From NCBI GenBank assembly GCA_038064475.1, contig JBBTTA010000007.1:1-63149 (forward strand): 63,149 nt of DNA. The letters run 5' to 3'. This DNA is from Patescibacteria group bacterium (lineage in GTDB: Bacteria; Patescibacteriota; Minisyncoccia; Phycocordibacterales; EsbW-18). Under the pieces are notes generated by a model, which saw nothing but the letters and a program-made list of their open reading frames with translations, had not been told where the DNA came from and searched no databases. Of the stretch, positions 19,217-27,214 are shown one piece after another. Position numbers and translations under genes: made by a program. Each line of letters opens with the position of its first letter. Position 1 is the stretch's first letter.

Positions 19217-21244
19217 ATGAAATACTTCAAGATACTTTTTGCTGTAAGTACTTTTTTGGTGCTTCCGTCACTTGCGTTAGCAACGGTTGTTCCAGTATTT
19301 GACTGGGTCGCTGCGTACAACAGTACGGCCGTAAACCATGGCACTATTAAGGCAGTAACAGTCGATTCTGACGGAAACGTTTATGCGGGGGCTGGTTTTA
19401 CGGGAAGTGGAACCGACCTTGACCCTTCTGGGGGGACAGATACGTTTACATCTCTGGGTGGTCGCGATGCGTTTATTACAAAATTTGATACAAATGGTGC
19501 ATATGAATGGTCAAAGACGTGGGGTGGAAGTGCTACAGATGATGTGTATGAGGTAAAGGTTTTTCCAGAAGGGGCAATCATTACAGTTAGTGCGTTTCAA
19601 GGAACCGTCGACTTTGATCCTGGTGTTGGATCATCGCTCGCAACATCAACAGGGAGTAAAGATATTGCGCTTAGTTTTTTTGATGGGGACGGAACACTCA
19701 CATCTTTTTTGGCATATGGAGGCACAGGGGAAGATTCACCTATTGACGTTGGTCTTGGAGAAGATGTGGTGTATATATACGGAAGCTTTGAAGGTACGAC
19801 GGACTTTGATCCAGGGATTGGAACAGCCTTTGGGACATCAAACGGTTCTATTGACTACGCTCTCAGCGCCCTTTCTTCTGACGGGGCGTTTCAGTGGGTG
19901 AGGACATGGGGAAATGCTGGATTTGATATAGCAACACGTATGTATGTGTCAGGAGTGGGGGACGTGTTTGTTATGGGGGCTTTTTCTGGAACGGTGGATT
20001 TTGATCCAAGTGAGAACACAAACAGCCTTGCTTCGAATGGGAGCTATGATCAGTTTATTTCGAAATTCTCATCAGATGGAACGTATGAATGGACAGCGGT
20101 TGCTGGTGGTTCAGGATTTGAGTATCCCGGACAAACGACGGTGGATTCTGATGGCGGGGTGTATCTTATGTCTCAATTTTTAAGCACGGTGGATTTTGAT
20201 CCGGGTGGTGGCACGGCACTTGCAACATCTGCAGGATCTTCGGATGTTGTTCTCCTAAAGCTTACGTCAGAGGGGGATTTTGTATGGGTAAAGACATGGG
20301 GTGGTACTGATGAAGATATAGGGAATGAAGTTTTTATTGATGAAGAAGGGAATCTTATTGCCGTTGGGCATTTTAATGGTACCGTCGACTTTGATCCGGA
20401 TGTGGGCACGAACTCAATAGCGTCAGTTGGTGGAAGAGATGTATTTATAAATGCATTTACCACTGATGGTGACTATATTTCTACACGAACCTACGGAGGA
20501 AGTGGGAGCGAGTGGCTTGACGGTGCATTTTTGAACGATGAAAAACTTTCTATCGTTGGTGTATATCAAAGTGCTCCAACAGATTTTGATCCGTCAGTTG
20601 AAGTACAGAACAAGTCATCAGATGGCAATGATATGTACCTCCTCTCTCTTGATCTCGAGGAAGCGTCGATTAATTTCAGCAACGATGATCTTTCACTCCA
20701 TGAAGGTATCGCAGACCAAGCAACGTCATATACACTTGAGCTTTCTGCGCCTCCTGTGCACGATGTGACGATAGCTATTGATGCGGGCGTAGACATGACC
20801 ACGGATGTATCTGAGATAACCTTTGCATCAACAACGTGGGATGTGCCACAAACAGTTGTTGTTTCTGTTGTAAATGATGAAGAAATTGAAGGAACAGACA
20901 CACGAACGATTATACATACTGCGTCATCAACTGACGGAGCATTCGATGAGTTGACCGCACAAGTTTCTGTTGAGATATCGGATGATGATCATGATAATGA
21001 CGGGTCTTCATCTGGCGGGGTGCGTTCGTCAGGTGGGGGATCGTCTGGAGGAGATGGTGAAGAGGAAGATGATGAACCAACGCTTCCAACCGAATCTGTG
21101 CTCCCTGATCAAGCGGCAGAGATTGCACAGCAATTAACCGAGAGGATTCTTGAACTCCGCGCACAACTCATCGAGCTTTTAACACAGCGTCTTGAAGAAT
21201 TACGCGCACAACTCGCCGAACTTCTCGCAGAACAGGGTCAATAA
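19217..21244 (+). CDS. Secreted seven-repeat beta-propeller (SBBP-like) protein with Ig/Calx-like domain and coiled-coil tail
   Basis: Signal peptide. Seven repeats of about 50-60 aa centred on G(T)(V/T)DFDP(G/S). Then VHDVTIAID..VVVSVVNDEEIEG, a Gly/Ser linker and LRAQL(I/A)ELL heptads. Confidence 0.8.
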   Translation: MKYFKILFAVSTFLVLPSLALATVVPVFDWVAAYNSTAVNHGTIKAVTVDSDGNVYAGAGFTGSGTDLDPSGGTDTFTSLGGRDAFITKFDTNGAYEWSKTWGGSATDDVYEVKVFPEGAIITVSAFQGTVDFDPGVGSSLATSTGSKDIALSFFDGDGTLTSFLAYGGTGEDSPIDVGLGEDVVYIYGSFEGTTDFDPGIGTAFGTSNGSIDYALSALSSDGAFQWVRTWGNAGFDIATRMYVSGVGDVFVMGAFSGTVDFDPSENTNSLASNGSYDQFISKFSSDGTYEWTAVAGGSGFEYPGQTTVDSDGGVYLMSQFLSTVDFDPGGGTALATSAGSSDVVLLKLTSEGDFVWVKTWGGTDEDIGNEVFIDEEGNLIAVGHFNGTVDFDPDVGTNSIASVGGRDVFINAFTTDGDYISTRTYGGSGSEWLDGAFLNDEKLSIVGVYQSAPTDFDPSVEVQNKSSDGNDMYLLSLDLEEASINFSNDDLSLHEGIADQATSYTLELSAPPVHDVTIAIDAGVDMTTDVSEITFASTTWDVPQTVVVSVVNDEEIEGTDTRTIIHTASSTDGAFDELTAQVSVEISDDDHDNDGSSSGGVRSSGGGSSGGDGEEEDDEPTLPTESVLPDQAAEIAQQLTERILELRAQLIELLTQRLEELRAQLAELLAEQGQ

Positions 21245-21258
21245 TTTCCTTTTTTCGT

Positions 21259-21285
21259 TACACGTTACAGGCTACACGCTACAGG
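21259..21285 (+). promoter_or_regulatory. Tandem 13-nt direct repeats at the -35 position of the 21310 gene
   Basis: TACACGTTACAGG (21259-21271) and TACACGCTACAGG (21273-21285) are 10 nt upstream of TATACT (21296-21301). Confidence 0.45.
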
Positions 21286-21309
21286 TTTCTTGGGGTATAC
21301 TAGGCCGTC

Positions 21310-21867
21310 ATGGGGAATATAGCTAAATTGTTTGGAGGACCGACAGCAACACGACTCGCACGTTGGTTTTTGTTTCATCCTGAAACATCAGCAACAAGAG
21401 CGACATTAAAAGAAAAGACAAAATCATCGTCAGACCAAGTACGAAAAGGGCTACGTTTACTTGTATCTGCCGGTCTTGTAAAGAAGCGTGGGGCACGCTT
21501 TGTGTTGAATAAAGAATTTCCAAACCTTCGTCCACTCAAAGAATTTTTGATTGGGGAACTCCTTACGACAACAAATGTGTCTAGCCGCATGCGTTCTGTT
21601 GGTTCGGTGCGCATGTTATGTGCGGCAGGTATTTTTATTGGCAATAACGAGTCGCGTACCGATCTTCTTATCGTGGCGGATAAAATTAAAGCAGCAACAC
21701 TGCAGAAAATAATCAATACACTTGAAGCAGATGTAGGAACGGATATTCGCTACACTGCGCTTACCACCGAGGAATTTAAGTACCGTATGGCATTTAATGA
21801 CAAACTTGTCCGCGATATCCTCGATTTCCCGCACGAAGCGCTTGTCAATAAACTCGCAGTTGTATAG
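21310..21867 (+). CDS. Hypothetical protein with N-terminal winged-helix-like region
   Basis: 185-aa ORF. ATLKEKTKSSSDQVRKGLRLLVSAGLVKKRG resembles a wHTH recognition helix and wing. Confidence 0.6.
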   Translation: MGNIAKLFGGPTATRLARWFLFHPETSATRATLKEKTKSSSDQVRKGLRLLVSAGLVKKRGARFVLNKEFPNLRPLKEFLIGELLTTTNVSSRMRSVGSVRMLCAAGIFIGNNESRTDLLIVADKIKAATLQKIINTLEADVGTDIRYTALTTEEFKYRMAFNDKLVRDILDFPHEALVNKLAVV

Positions 21868-21899
21868 AAAAAACGGCCCCACATGGCCGTTTTCTCTTT
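21868..21899 (+). terminator. Intrinsic terminator
   Basis: AAAAAACGGCC-CCACAT-GGCCGTTTTCTCTTT. Confidence 0.8.
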
Positions 21900-22082
21900 G
21901 TTTTGCCCGAATACCCACATGAAGTCATTATGATAGTTTTCCACATGCCAATATTGGGGTGTACAAGCGAGTGTTATCATAAAATCATTAAAAGTCGAAA
22001 AAAACGTTGGTATGTAAGTACCACTGGACGCACTGAAACCCGCGTTCACATAAAATTAAAATATATAAAAATTTAGCTGTAC

Positions 22083-22781
22083 ATGTACACCGCACAATTT
22101 GCTAACACAGGCAATGTCATCGCAAACTCACTTGCGAACCTCTGGGCAGGGGTCATCGGATTCCTTCCAGAATTGATTATTGCTATCCTTATCTTCATTA
22201 TTGGATGGGTAATCGCTTCATTGCTTGCACGTGCTGTTGATCAAGTTATCAAGGCAGTTAAGCTTGATAGCGCACTTCGTGGAGCTGGTCTTGAGCAGAC
22301 ACTCGCACGCGCAGGATTCTCATTAAACTCAGGACGATTTTTGGGGGCTCTCGTTAAATGGTTCGTTATTATCGTGTTTTTGGTTGCCGCACTTGAAGTG
22401 TTGCGCCTTGATCAGGTAACAATGTTCCTCCGCCAGGTTGTTTTGGGATACTTGCCACAAGTTATTGTTGCAGTTCTCATCATGATCGTGGCTGTTGTTC
22501 TCGCCGAAGCTATGCGCAAACTCGTTGTTGCATCAGCAAAAGCAGCACACATCCACTCAGCAGGATTCTTGGGGGCCCTCACAAAGTGGGCAATCTGGAT
22601 TTTCGCACTTCTCGCTGCACTCTTGCAGTTGGGTATCGCAGTTGCATTCCTCCAGACACTCTTTACCGGAGTTATCGTAGCGCTTTCACTAGCGTTCGGT
22701 CTCTCATTCGGTTTGGGTGGTCAGGGTGCTGCAGCTCGCTACTTGGACAAAGTTTCTTCAGAAATGAAGGAACACGACTAA
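22083..22781 (+). CDS. Conserved-TM-helix-repeat membrane protein (small mechanosensitive-channel-like)
   Basis: Repeated TM modules with LPELIIAILIFIIGWVIA / LPQVIVAVLIMIVAVVLA patterns. Confidence 0.7.
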   Translation: MYTAQFANTGNVIANSLANLWAGVIGFLPELIIAILIFIIGWVIASLLARAVDQVIKAVKLDSALRGAGLEQTLARAGFSLNSGRFLGALVKWFVIIVFLVAALEVLRLDQVTMFLRQVVLGYLPQVIVAVLIMIVAVVLAEAMRKLVVASAKAAHIHSAGFLGALTKWAIWIFALLAALLQLGIAVAFLQTLFTGVIVALSLAFGLSFGLGGQGAAARYLDKVSSEMKEHD

Positions 22782-22787
22782 TAAGAA

Positions 22788-22811
22788 AACAGAGAACAGA
22801 GAACAGAGAAC
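22788..22811 (+). repeat. (AACAGAG)x3 microsatellite-like word array
   Basis: Three perfect 7-nt units plus AAC begin 7 nt after the stop codon. The same word recurs at 29199-29210 and 33704-33712. Confidence 0.9.
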
Positions 22812-22833
22812 AAATCCGCCAGCTGGCGGACAG

Positions 22834-22865
22834 AAAACGCGTCTGCCGTAGGTAGACGCGTTTTT
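22834..22865 (+). terminator. Intrinsic terminator, preceded by hairpin TCCGCCAGCTGGCGGA (22815-22830)
   Basis: AAAACGCGTCTGCC..GGTAGACGCGTTTTT. Confidence 0.8.
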
Positions 22866-22927
22866 GTGTGGTATAATGTTTTCGGACGCACATTTGGGTT
22901 TTCACAAACACAAAAAGGAGAAGAGAC

Positions 22928-23491
22928 ATGACGTATCGGATGTTGAGAGAGTGGGTGAAGGGGTTGAAGTTTCTTGAGGCTCTTACGGCGGCTTGTCTTG
23001 CTGTAGCACTCTACATGTTTGGTACAAACGCGTCGATGGCCCCCTTTCCCTACATTGTTGTGATTTTCGTCTCAACATCTCTCACTATTATTCTCGATCT
23101 TGTGAGGGTGCGGTTCAAGATGCATCTCGCGACGCTCGAGGAAAAATGGGAAAAGCAATTCGATTCTTTTTCATTTCTCATGAATGCAACCGCACACGTT
23201 CTGAAAGGACACGAGCAGAAACTTCTCATCTACACATGGGCACGTCGTCCTCTCGACGAACGAGTTACGTTCAAGGAACTTCTAACCGCACACGCAGATT
23301 CAGGAGAAGTGCTCGTTATGCTCATTGCCCTTGTTAGGGGTCTGCAGTTGAGAGGTGTTCTCGACCGAAATGGCGCGGGCCGATTCGGTGTTCGTGAGGG
23401 GTTGGTTATGCTTGCGAAAGCAAAAGCACCTCTCAACGAGTTTCCGACCGGACGACTCACTTCTGCCTTTTTCAAAACCGAATACGCCTAA
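22928..23491 (+). CDS. Hypothetical membrane-anchored protein (SD-led cassette)
   Basis: 187-aa ORF. AAAGGAGAAGAGAC-ATG Shine-Dalgarno, extended -10 TGGTATAAT (22869-22877), and a terminator at 23503-23546. Confidence 0.65.
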   Translation: MTYRMLREWVKGLKFLEALTAACLAVALYMFGTNASMAPFPYIVVIFVSTSLTIILDLVRVRFKMHLATLEEKWEKQFDSFSFLMNATAHVLKGHEQKLLIYTWARRPLDERVTFKELLTAHADSGEVLVMLIALVRGLQLRGVLDRNGAGRFGVREGLVMLAKAKAPLNEFPTGRLTSAFFKTEYA

Positions 23492-23546
23492 ACAAAGGTA
23501 TGTCCGCTTCCCACTGCGTTTCGCGAGGGAGGCGGGCTTTTCTTTT

Positions 23547-23583
23547 TGTCAAACACTCAGTGTTAGACACTGAGTGTTTGACA
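23547..23583. promoter_or_regulatory. Perfect 17-bp-arm palindrome carrying TTGACA on both strands
   Basis: TGTCAAACACTCAGTGT-TAG-ACACTGAGTGTTTGACA. Confidence 0.5.
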
Positions 23584-23625
23584 AAAACCTTATACACAGC
23601 AAATTCACACATAGAGCCATATTAT

Positions 23626-23654
23626 TTGACTCAACAAAAATTGCTGTGTACAAT
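23626..23654 (+). promoter_or_regulatory. Sigma70-type promoter for tuf
   Basis: TTGACT, a 17-nt spacer, then TACAAT preceded by TGTG. Confidence 0.7.
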
Positions 23655-23672
23655 AGCAAAGCTTTAGTGGGA

Positions 23673-23692
23673 AACGCTTTAGAGCGTTTTTT
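23673..23692 (+). promoter_or_regulatory. Promoter-proximal terminator-like hairpin (candidate attenuator)
   Basis: AACGCT-TTAG-AGCGTT followed by TTTT, about 20 nt downstream of the -10 element. Confidence 0.5.
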
Positions 23693-23765
23693 ATATCGAA
23701 ACGCCCCCTATCTTTGGATAAGGAGTGTCGAAAAAAGTTACTACAAGATTAATAAAAACAATATT

Positions 23766-24965
23766 ATGACAGATTTTGATCGTTCAAAGCCGCACCTGAA
23801 CGTTGGTACCATCGGTCACGTTGACCACGGTAAGACAACGCTCACAGCCGCAATTCTTCACGTCCTCGATATGAACAAGGACAAGGGATACGGTGCGCGT
23901 GTCGAAGGTATCGACAACATCGACAAGGCGCCTGAAGAAAAGGCCCGTGGTATTACTATTTCTCTCCACCACTCAGAGTACTGGACACCATCGCGTCACT
24001 ATGCGCACATCGATGCTCCTGGTCACGCTGACTACATCAAGAACATGATTACTGGTGCCGCTCAAATGGACGGTGCTGTACTCGTGGTTGCTGCTACTGA
24101 CGGCGTGATGCCACAAACTCGTGAGCACATTCTCCTTGCACGGCAGGTGGGGGTTCCAAAGATTATCGTTTTCCTCAACAAATGTGACATGGTTCCAGAT
24201 CAGGATCTCATTGATCTCGTTGAAGAAGAAATTCGCGATATCTTGAACAAGTACAACTTTGATGGTGCAAACACACCGATCATCCGTGGTTCAGGTTTGA
24301 AGGGTCTCGAAGCAAAATCTGCTGACGATGAATGGGCAGGAAAGATCATGGAGCTCATGAACGCAATTGATACCTACATCGAAACTCCAGTTCGTGAAAC
24401 AGACAAGCCATTCCTCATGCCAGTTGAAGACATCTTCTCAATTGAAGGACGTGGTACGGTGGTAACCGGTCGTATCGAGCGCGGTATGATCAAGGTTGGT
24501 CAGGACGTTGAAGTGGTAGGACTTCACGACACACAGAAGACAACAGTTACTGGTGTTGAAATGTTCAACAAATCACTTGATTCAGGTATGGCCGGCGACA
24601 ACGCAGGACTCCTCGTTCGTGGTTTGAAGAAAGAAGACATTACTCGTGGTCAGGTGCTTGCTGCTCCTGGCTCAGTAAAACCTCACACAGACTTTGAAGC
24701 AGAAGTATACGTGCTTTCAAAGGAAGAAGGAGGTCGTCACACACCATTCGTTTCAGGTTACAAGCCACAGTTCTACGTACGTACAACGGACGTAACAGGT
24801 GAAGTAACATTGGCTGAAGGTACACAGATGGTTATGCCTGGCGACACGGTAAAGTTCAATGTGAAGCTCGTAGCACCAATCGTGCTCGAAGAACAACAGC
24901 GCTTTACGGTTCGCGAAGGTGGTAAGACTGTCGGTGCCGGTGTTGTTACAAAGATCACTGCCTAA
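23766..24965 (+). CDS. tuf: Elongation factor Tu
   Basis: [26 protein letters not shown] and NKCD motifs. Start at an internal ATG; the track ORF begins at 23574. Confidence 0.97.
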   Translation: MTDFDRSKPHLNVGTIGHVDHGKTTLTAAILHVLDMNKDKGYGARVEGIDNIDKAPEEKARGITISLHHSEYWTPSRHYAHIDAPGHADYIKNMITGAAQMDGAVLVVAATDGVMPQTREHILLARQVGVPKIIVFLNKCDMVPDQDLIDLVEEEIRDILNKYNFDGANTPIIRGSGLKGLEAKSADDEWAGKIMELMNAIDTYIETPVRETDKPFLMPVEDIFSIEGRGTVVTGRIERGMIKVGQDVEVVGLHDTQKTTVTGVEMFNKSLDSGMAGDNAGLLVRGLKKEDITRGQVLAAPGSVKPHTDFEAEVYVLSKEEGGRHTPFVSGYKPQFYVRTTDVTGEVTLAEGTQMVMPGDTVKFNVKLVAPIVLEEQQRFTVREGGKTVGAGVVTKITA

Positions 24966-25052
24966 GGAAGGTTAGGGTCTAGATAGACAGGTTCTCTTGC
25001 AAAGTTGCCAGGGAACCTGTAATCTGCACCTCGATAGCTAAGAGAACGTACC

Positions 25053-25421
25053 ATGACAACCAAAGAAAAAGGAAAGGCAAAAGGAAAGACGAAAGCAAAA
25101 GCAAAAGAAGAAGCGCCTGCAAAGCTCCGCATCCGCGTTCGCGCGTACGAGAGCAAGCTCCTTGATGCATCAGTAAAGCAGATTCTCGATACTGCGATTC
25201 GTTACGATGCAACGGTTGTCGGTCCTATTCCACTTCCAACGGAGAAAACAAAGTACACGGTTATCCGCGGTGCGTTCATCGACAAAAACTCACGCGAGCA
25301 ATTTGAAATGCGCGTACACAAGCGTGTGTTGGATATTTTGAACCCAGCACCGAAAGTGATTGAAGCATTGACGTCACTCTCACTCCCATCCGGGGTAAAC
25401 ATCGAAGTAAAGATGATGTAG
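25053..25421 (+). CDS. rpsJ: 30S ribosomal protein S10 with Lys-rich N-terminal extension
   Basis: LRIRVRAYESKLLD..VVGPIPLPTEK..FEMRVHKRVLDI. Confidence 0.95.
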   Translation: MTTKEKGKAKGKTKAKAKEEAPAKLRIRVRAYESKLLDASVKQILDTAIRYDATVVGPIPLPTEKTKYTVIRGAFIDKNSREQFEMRVHKRVLDILNPAPKVIEALTSLSLPSGVNIEVKMM

Positions 25422-25479
25422 ACGCGGATCCGCCAACTGGCGGATCGCGGAACGTACGCGGACAGACGCGGAAAAGAAG

Positions 25480-25515
25480 AAAGGCCCCCTTCGCCAGCTG
25501 GCGAAGGGGGCCTTT
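25480..25515. terminator. Bidirectional GC-rich terminator
   Basis: AAAGGCCCCCTTCGCCAGCTGGCGAAGGGGGCCTTTT sits between rpsJ and the convergent ORF 25534..25818. Confidence 0.85.
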
Positions 25516-25533
25516 TGCTCTTGTTGTCAGAGA

Positions 25534-25818
25534 TCAAAAACTGATAGGAGGGATGGTCTGTTGTGCACGAACTCCGCGACCGATCTGGATACCGATTTTG
25601 ATGTATGAACCGATTCGTCGATCTTTTTCTCGCGAAAGTTCACGGTTGCCGAACGTTTGCATCAAGCGTACTTCTTCCGGATCGAGCTGCAGTTGAACTT
25701 CTTCAACTCTGAGATCTTGAGGAAGAGCGGCTTTACGCTGTTTAAAACCCTCTGCACTTGGGGAAGCAATGAATCCGGCAACTTCACCGTTGGAGTGGAA
25801 CACTAAACCAAATTTCAT
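25534..25818 (-). CDS. Hypothetical 94-aa protein (SD-led cassette)
   Basis: AGGAGGTTTAA-ATG on the reverse strand. Ends at the bidirectional terminator. No family recognised. Confidence 0.65.
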   Translation of the reverse strand: MKFGLVFHSNGEVAGFIASPSAEGFKQRKAALPQDLRVEEVQLQLDPEEVRLMQTFGNRELSREKDRRIGSYIKIGIQIGRGVRAQQTIPPISF

Positions 25819-25966
25819 TTAAACCTCCTGATTTTGCACTTTGTGTACTGAATCTGGAATGACTATACGTGCGGGGGATTGTCAATGTTCAAAGGGTGTG
25901 GTAGAGTCCTCAGTCGCGCGTTCTTTCGGGGAATACTCCCCACAAATCACACGGAGGAGAAGCACG

Positions 25967-26206
25967 ATGTCCTTTGCTCAAGCGATACCGCAAGAGGAGA
26001 GTGCCCGTTGTCGTGTGACAGTGCAGGAGGATGACCCTATCAGAGGATACACCCTCCTTCAGACCGGCTGCGGCATGAAGGACATGCTCCTTCGCAAGAA
26101 CCCCCAGAAAAAGTGCGGCAACTGCAGGAAGCCCCTCGAATTTCCGGAAGACCTCTCCACGAGATCTTTCGGAGGCAGCGCGATACGGCTCGTTGCCGTT
26201 GCCTAA
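25967..26206 (+). CDS. Hypothetical 79-aa protein with CxxC (zinc-ribbon-like) (SD-led cassette)
   Basis: An internal ATG of track ORF 25841..26206 is preceded by ACGGAGGAGAAGCACG. Promoter TTGTCA-17-TAGAGT lies upstream. Contains the motif CGNC. Confidence 0.6.
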   Translation: MSFAQAIPQEESARCRVTVQEDDPIRGYTLLQTGCGMKDMLLRKNPQKKCGNCRKPLEFPEDLSTRSFGGSAIRLVAVA

Positions 26207-26212
26207 TCGTTC

Positions 26213-26247
26213 AACCCCACTTGGAAGCGAAGCTTCCAAGTGGGGTT
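26213..26247 (+). repeat. Palindromic hairpin, copy 1 of a 25-nt repeat
   Basis: The core CACTTGGAAGCGAAGCTTCCAAGTG (26218-26242) is identical to 54954-54978. It acts as the stem-loop after ORF 25967..26206. Confidence 0.85.
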
Positions 26248-26259
26248 TCCTTATACCTC

Positions 26260-26287
26260 TTGCAGAAAAAAATTGCTCGTGTATAGT
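26260..26287 (+). promoter_or_regulatory. Sigma70-type promoter re-initiating the rplC unit
   Basis: TTGCAG, a 16-nt spacer, then TATAGT. Confidence 0.6.
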
Positions 26288-26305
26288 GTCTTCTACTTGC
26301 GCCAT

Positions 26306-26378
26306 GTCCCGCCCTCTCGGAGAGGGCGGGACCTCTGGACACCAATGAGCCCCAGCTCGGACGTGTCCGAGCTGGGGC
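26306..26378 (+). promoter_or_regulatory. Two GC-rich hairpins in the rplC leader (candidate leader or sRNA)
   Basis: GTCCCGCCCTCTC-GGA-GAGGGCGGGAC (26306-26332) and GCCCCAGCTCGGAC-GT-GTCCGAGCTGGGGC (26349-26378). Confidence 0.5.
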
Positions 26379-26400
26379 ATCAATGTAAAAATAAGCACCA

Positions 26401-26510
26401 AACACGAAGCACGAAACTCGAAACAATATCAAAATCCAAATATCAAATTTCAAAACATTTGAATTTTGGTCATTCGGATTTGTTTCGGATTTCGATATTC
26501 GGATTTCGAA
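26401..26510 (+). repeat. About 110-nt intergenic repeat element, copy 1 (upstream of rplC)
   Basis: Starts AACACGAAGCAC and ends with TTCGGATTTCGATATTCGGATTTCGA, which is 26 nt identical to 36246-36271. Tandem TTCGGATTTCGA units face degenerate inverted copies. Confidence 0.85.
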
Positions 26511-26513
26511 TTT

Positions 26514-27122
26514 ATGAAGTTTGCAATCGGTACAAAGCAGAACATGACACAAATCTTCGACGAGAAGGGTATTGCATATGCCGTTACCGTTATTGCGATT
26601 CTCCCCATGTCAGTCACACAAGTGAAGACAACTGAAAAGGACGGCTACACTGCCGTTCAGATTGGTGGCGGCGCGAAAAAAGAATCAAAAGTGAACAAAG
26701 CACAGAAAGCGAAAGGAAATTTCAAAGCATTCAAAGAATTTCGCATGGATGATACAACTGCTCATACGGTTGGTCAGACACTCGATGTATCTGCATTTGC
26801 AGTCGGCGACTCACTTGAGATTGCAGGGCTTACAAAGTCAAAAGGTTTCCAGGGTGTCGTGAAGCGCCACGGTTTCCACGGAGGTCGTCGCACACACGGT
26901 CAGAAGCACTCTGAGCGTGAACCAGGTTCTATTGGTGGTGCAGGACGTTCAGGAGGTCGCGTGGTTCTTGGTATGCGCATGGCGGGTCGCATGGGTGGAA
27001 CTCGTGTGACAGTTAAGAACCTTAAGGTGATGCAAATTGATAAAGAGAATGGTTTTATTCTCGTGTCGGGCGCTGTACCGGGGCGACGCGGTACACAACT
27101 TGAACTCACCGCGTCCCGTTAG
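26514..27122 (+). CDS. rplC: 50S ribosomal protein L3
   Basis: MKFAIGTKQNMTQIFDEKG..GFQGVVKRHGF.GG..HG. Start at an internal ATG of track ORF 26466. Confidence 0.95.
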   Translation: MKFAIGTKQNMTQIFDEKGIAYAVTVIAILPMSVTQVKTTEKDGYTAVQIGGGAKKESKVNKAQKAKGNFKAFKEFRMDDTTAHTVGQTLDVSAFAVGDSLEIAGLTKSKGFQGVVKRHGFHGGRRTHGQKHSEREPGSIGGAGRSGGRVVLGMRMAGRMGGTRVTVKNLKVMQIDKENGFILVSGAVPGRRGTQLELTASR

Positions 27123-27214
27123 AAGTGGGGATTGTACGAACATAAAGAGTTCCTCATACAAATTATATGCAAGCAAAAACTTTAAATAAAAAAGAGACAA
27201 AAACTTCTAACGGG

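Noticed and set aside
26240-26635. 131-aa ORF and the N-terminal extension of the rplC track ORF (26466) that cross the repeat element.
   Set aside because: They translate the hairpins and the TTCGGATTTCGA word array into low-complexity sequence. The conserved L3 N-terminus begins at the ATG at 26514.
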